27,745 nt of DNA from Eubacteriales bacterium (GTDB lineage: Bacteria; Bacillota; Clostridia; Oscillospirales; QAKW01). The notes below the pieces were generated by a model. The model was not told the DNA's origin and searched no databases. It saw only the letters and a program-made list of their open reading frames with translations. This document shows, one piece after another, positions 25,422 through 27,745 of the stretch (positions are counted from its first letter, which is position 1; the number at the start of each line of letters is the position of its first letter). The DNA is taken from assembly GCA_045588515.1 (NCBI GenBank), contig JAZNEH010000220.1, positions 1 to 27,745 on the forward strand, in the 5' to 3' direction. The position numbers and the translations under genes are program-made.

Positions 25422-26355
25422 TTTCAAAGGCCTTACGGCGCAGATCGTCGCCATAAAAATAACAATAGGTGAAATGCCCCAGTAAGCGGGAAACGATCCG
25501 CTCATCGTAGGCGTTCTGGATCCCCTCTAAATTCAAGTTAGTGGAAAATAGCATCGGCTTGCCGCAGCGGATCCGCCGATCCATCAGATCGGTCAAGGTC
25601 GCCATCGTATAGCCGGTGCGGCTCTCGGTGCCGAAATCATCCAAAATCAGCATATCACATTCAAAAAAAGGTTCCAGCTCCGTTTCGCTATCTTTAAAGC
25701 GGGAGGCATCCAGCCGCCGGGCAAATTCCGGCGCACTGATATAAACCACGCTTTTGCCCTGCTCCAAAAGAGCCTTGGCAATGGCAGTGGAAAGATAGGT
25801 TTTGCCCAGCCCGGTGGCGCCCACAAATAAAAGGCTCCGATTCTGATCCTCAAACCGAGCAGTATATTCCTTCGCCAGTTCATAGATCCGGCGCATATTT
25901 TCCCGGGGGGAAAGCAGGCCGTTATGTGCGGCATTGCTGAACAAGGAAAGATCAAAATTTTCAAAACTCTGATGTTCCAACTGTTGTTCCAAATTGGATT
26001 GCTGAAAATTCCGGGCAATCAATTCTCGCTTGAAACATTGGCAGAGTCCCTCTTCTGTGCGGCCGGTATCCTGGCAGAGGGGACATTCGAAATGAGGCTC
26101 CAGATCTGCCTTTATAGAGAGGAGAAAGGCTTCCCGCTTTTGTTGCAGATCGGCCAGTTCCCGGGCTTCGGCTTCGCCGTTTCCGCCCTTCATCATTGCG
26201 GCGCAATAGCGACTGCCGGCCTCGGTGATCTCCCGATCCATCTGCAGCAAAACAGGGTTTTCGGCGTAAACCTTTTCCCGGCGCTCTGCCGCCTCATAAA
26301 TCGCTTGGGCCCGCTTGGCGGAAAAGGCCGCCCAAAGTTCTTCCTTATGGTTCAT
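25414..26355 (-). CDS. DnaC/DnaI-like replicative helicase loader ATPase
   Basis: CPLCQDTG...CQC zinc motif, Walker A GATGLGKT, Walker B LILDDFGTE, STNL, ERIVSRL; follows dnaD. Confidence 0.88.
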   Translation of the reverse strand: MNHKEELWAAFSAKRAQAIYEAAERREKVYAENPVLLQMDREITEAGSRYCAAMMKGGNGEAEARELADLQQKREAFLLSIKADLEPHFECPLCQDTGRTEEGLCQCFKRELIARNFQQSNLEQQLEHQSFENFDLSLFSNAAHNGLLSPRENMRRIYELAKEYTARFEDQNRSLLFVGATGLGKTYLSTAIAKALLEQGKSVVYISAPEFARRLDASRFKDSETELEPFFECDMLILDDFGTESRTGYTMATLTDLMDRRIRCGKPMLFSTNLNLEGIQNAYDERIVSRLLGHFTYCYFYGDDLRRKAFEND

Positions 26356-27266
26356 CCGTTACCACCTCCTGCTTGCATTTTTTCAATCATTTTCCGTTCC
26401 AGATCCGAAAGGCCCTGATGCAGTTTCCGGCCGGTATCTTCCGGCTTTTGATCGATAATATCCTTCGCCCGCCGATATCCTTTTTGATGCCAATCTTCCA
26501 AGATCTTGTTCATATAGGCAAAACTCATCTGCCCCTTCCGATCCATACATCGATCATAGGCTTCGATAATCAATTCTTCCGTTAGACCCATCGAAGCCCA
26601 AAGGGCAATCTGTTCCCGCTGTTTTTTGGAAAAAGCAGTGGCGATGCGGAAGGCTTTCGCCAGCCGATTTTCCAAACTGCGGGCATATTCCAATTTACTG
26701 ATATGGGCTTCGGCCTTTTCAAAGGTATCAATTCCATTATCAAACCAATCGGCGGCAACCGTTTCCATATAGCGATAGGAGAACTTATCAATGCTGTTGC
26801 AATAAGCCACCAGTTGCAAAATCATTTCCGCCGAAAAATGCAGGTTTTCCACCATATTATAGAATAAGGAAAGCAACATCGAACTCACAGTTTTGCCGGT
26901 GATCCGCTGGATCTCTGCCACCATCTCCCGGAAACTTTGATCGGTTTCTTCCAAAATGATCGTTGCCTGAACCCGGGGCAGTTCCTTGGTTTGAATGGTT
27001 TTAACGGCGTTCACCAGCCGCAATTTGCCCTGCTCCTTGGCAAAAATCTTTTCTTTCACCCAGAAATCAATGGCGCTCTCCACATCTTCCGGGGCAATAT
27101 TACAATAAGAGGCAATCGACGCAGTATCGTGGGCCATTTTATTGAAACGCATCAAAAAAAGTAATACCTTCAATTGTGCGCCGGTAGCAATGCCCAATAA
27201 TCCATCCACCACCCGGGTGGGAATCTCCACACACGGTATTCTGGTTTCTTCAAATTGATACTTCAT
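26352..27266 (-). CDS. dnaD: DnaD domain replication initiation protein
   Basis: N-terminal wHTH with AIDFWVKEKI; two DnaD/DnaB_2-like repeats (YMETVAADWFDNGI; YMNKILEDWHQKG); promoter TTGCAA-17-TATAAT at 27329-27301. Confidence 0.82.
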   Translation of the reverse strand: MKYQFEETRIPCVEIPTRVVDGLLGIATGAQLKVLLFLMRFNKMAHDTASIASYCNIAPEDVESAIDFWVKEKIFAKEQGKLRLVNAVKTIQTKELPRVQATIILEETDQSFREMVAEIQRITGKTVSSMLLSLFYNMVENLHFSAEMILQLVAYCNSIDKFSYRYMETVAADWFDNGIDTFEKAEAHISKLEYARSLENRLAKAFRIATAFSKKQREQIALWASMGLTEELIIEAYDRCMDRKGQMSFAYMNKILEDWHQKGYRRAKDIIDQKPEDTGRKLHQGLSDLERKMIEKMQAGGGNG

Positions 27267-27341
27267 CCTTTTTCTCGCCCCTTTCTGTGTCGTACAGAAT
27301 ATTATATAAAATTTTCTTTATAATTGCAAGGGGGGGAATGG

Positions 27342-27432
27342 AAAAACCGCTGTATCCTTTTGTGCAAAAACCGCTGTATCCTTTCGCTATCGTTAACGGA
27401 AGCGCCTTTCTTATATGCAAAAACCGCTGTAC
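27342..27432. repeat. Three direct copies of AAAAACCGCTGTA
   Basis: AAAAACCGCTGTATCCTTT at 27342-27360 and 27366-27384; AAAAACCGCTGTAC at 27419-27432. Confidence 0.8.
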
Positions 27433-27447
27433 GTCGGTACAGCGGTT
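27419..27447 (-). terminator. Intrinsic terminator of the SGNH gene
   Basis: AACCGCTGTAC-GTCG-GTACAGCGGTT stem, with a U-run on the minus strand. Confidence 0.8.
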
Positions 27448-27451
27448 GGCT

Positions 27452-27745
27452 TTATAAAACATCCAATATCTGAAGGAAGAAATCCCGGTAAATATCATAG
27501 CCCTCCTGAGTAAAGTGGACGCCATCCTCCACAAAGATATTGGTTCTGACCTTGAAATAATCCCCCACGTCGGCGGGATCCGCAAAAAAGCCGGGGAAGG
27601 TGCGATGGCAAACGTAGGTGGTATCGTTATGATGATCGCAATAGGTCTTCAGAAGTTCATTGAATTGCTCCACGTGGCGGAGCCATAACTTATCGCCCTG
27701 ATAGCGCTTGGTCGGGTTCGCATCGCAGGCATAAAGTTTGATGCC
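27452..27745 (-). CDS. SGNH/GDSL hydrolase family protein, C-terminal part (runs off the window)
   Basis: Frame open to the window edge; DGVHFTQEGY (block V DxxH) and FNELLKTYC. Confidence 0.75.
   Translation of the reverse strand, partial: GIKLYACDANPTKRYQGDKLWLRHVEQFNELLKTYCDHHNDTTYVCHRTFPGFFADPADVGDYFKVRTNIFVEDGVHFTQEGYDIYRDFFLQILDVL

Noticed and set aside
25414-27266. dnaD plus IstB-like ATPase as a prophage or IS21 replication module
   Set aside because: They are in an operon with rsmI and a tRNA methyltransferase, with no phage genes, integrase or IstA
27342-27432. Direct repeats as a mini-CRISPR or oriC iterons
   Set aside because: Repeats are 13-19 nt with 5-nt and 34-nt gaps, there are no cas genes, and I saw no DnaA-box cluster

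Overview
A 27.7 kb chromosomal segment from a Firmicute, most likely Clostridia (sigma-A promoters, a T-box, a lysine riboswitch, clostridial-type serS and dnaD-dnaC-methyltransferase-rsmI order). I found no transposase, integrase, tRNA, rRNA or CRISPR array. Left to right: an aromatic-amino-acid-type ABC importer; a Trp T-box with a Trp-containing uORF and an orphan trpB; a MATE pump; two tandem paralogous unknown proteins behind a 10-bp-phased operator array; an internally deleted sugar-isomerase mini-gene; an SDR; a GT8/PlsC-like/CrtO-like operon; a membrane XRE regulator; a stand-alone E2-like acyltransferase domain; an EamA transporter plus ATP-grasp ligase; serS; a lysine riboswitch with an NhaC-family (LysW-like) transporter; a degenerate PRTase; MarR plus a heterodimeric ABC exporter; and a minus-strand dnaD-dnaC-tRNA methyltransferase-rsmI-fruK operon followed by a partial SGNH hydrolase. 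Three copies of a composite palindromic REP/REPIN-like element lie between convergent genes. The strongest leads are the T-box plus uORF on trpB, the paralog pair with its phased operator array, the REP-like family, the putative acyl-glycolipid operon and an apparent ATT start codon for fruK. Family assignments come from motif recognition by eye, not database searches.
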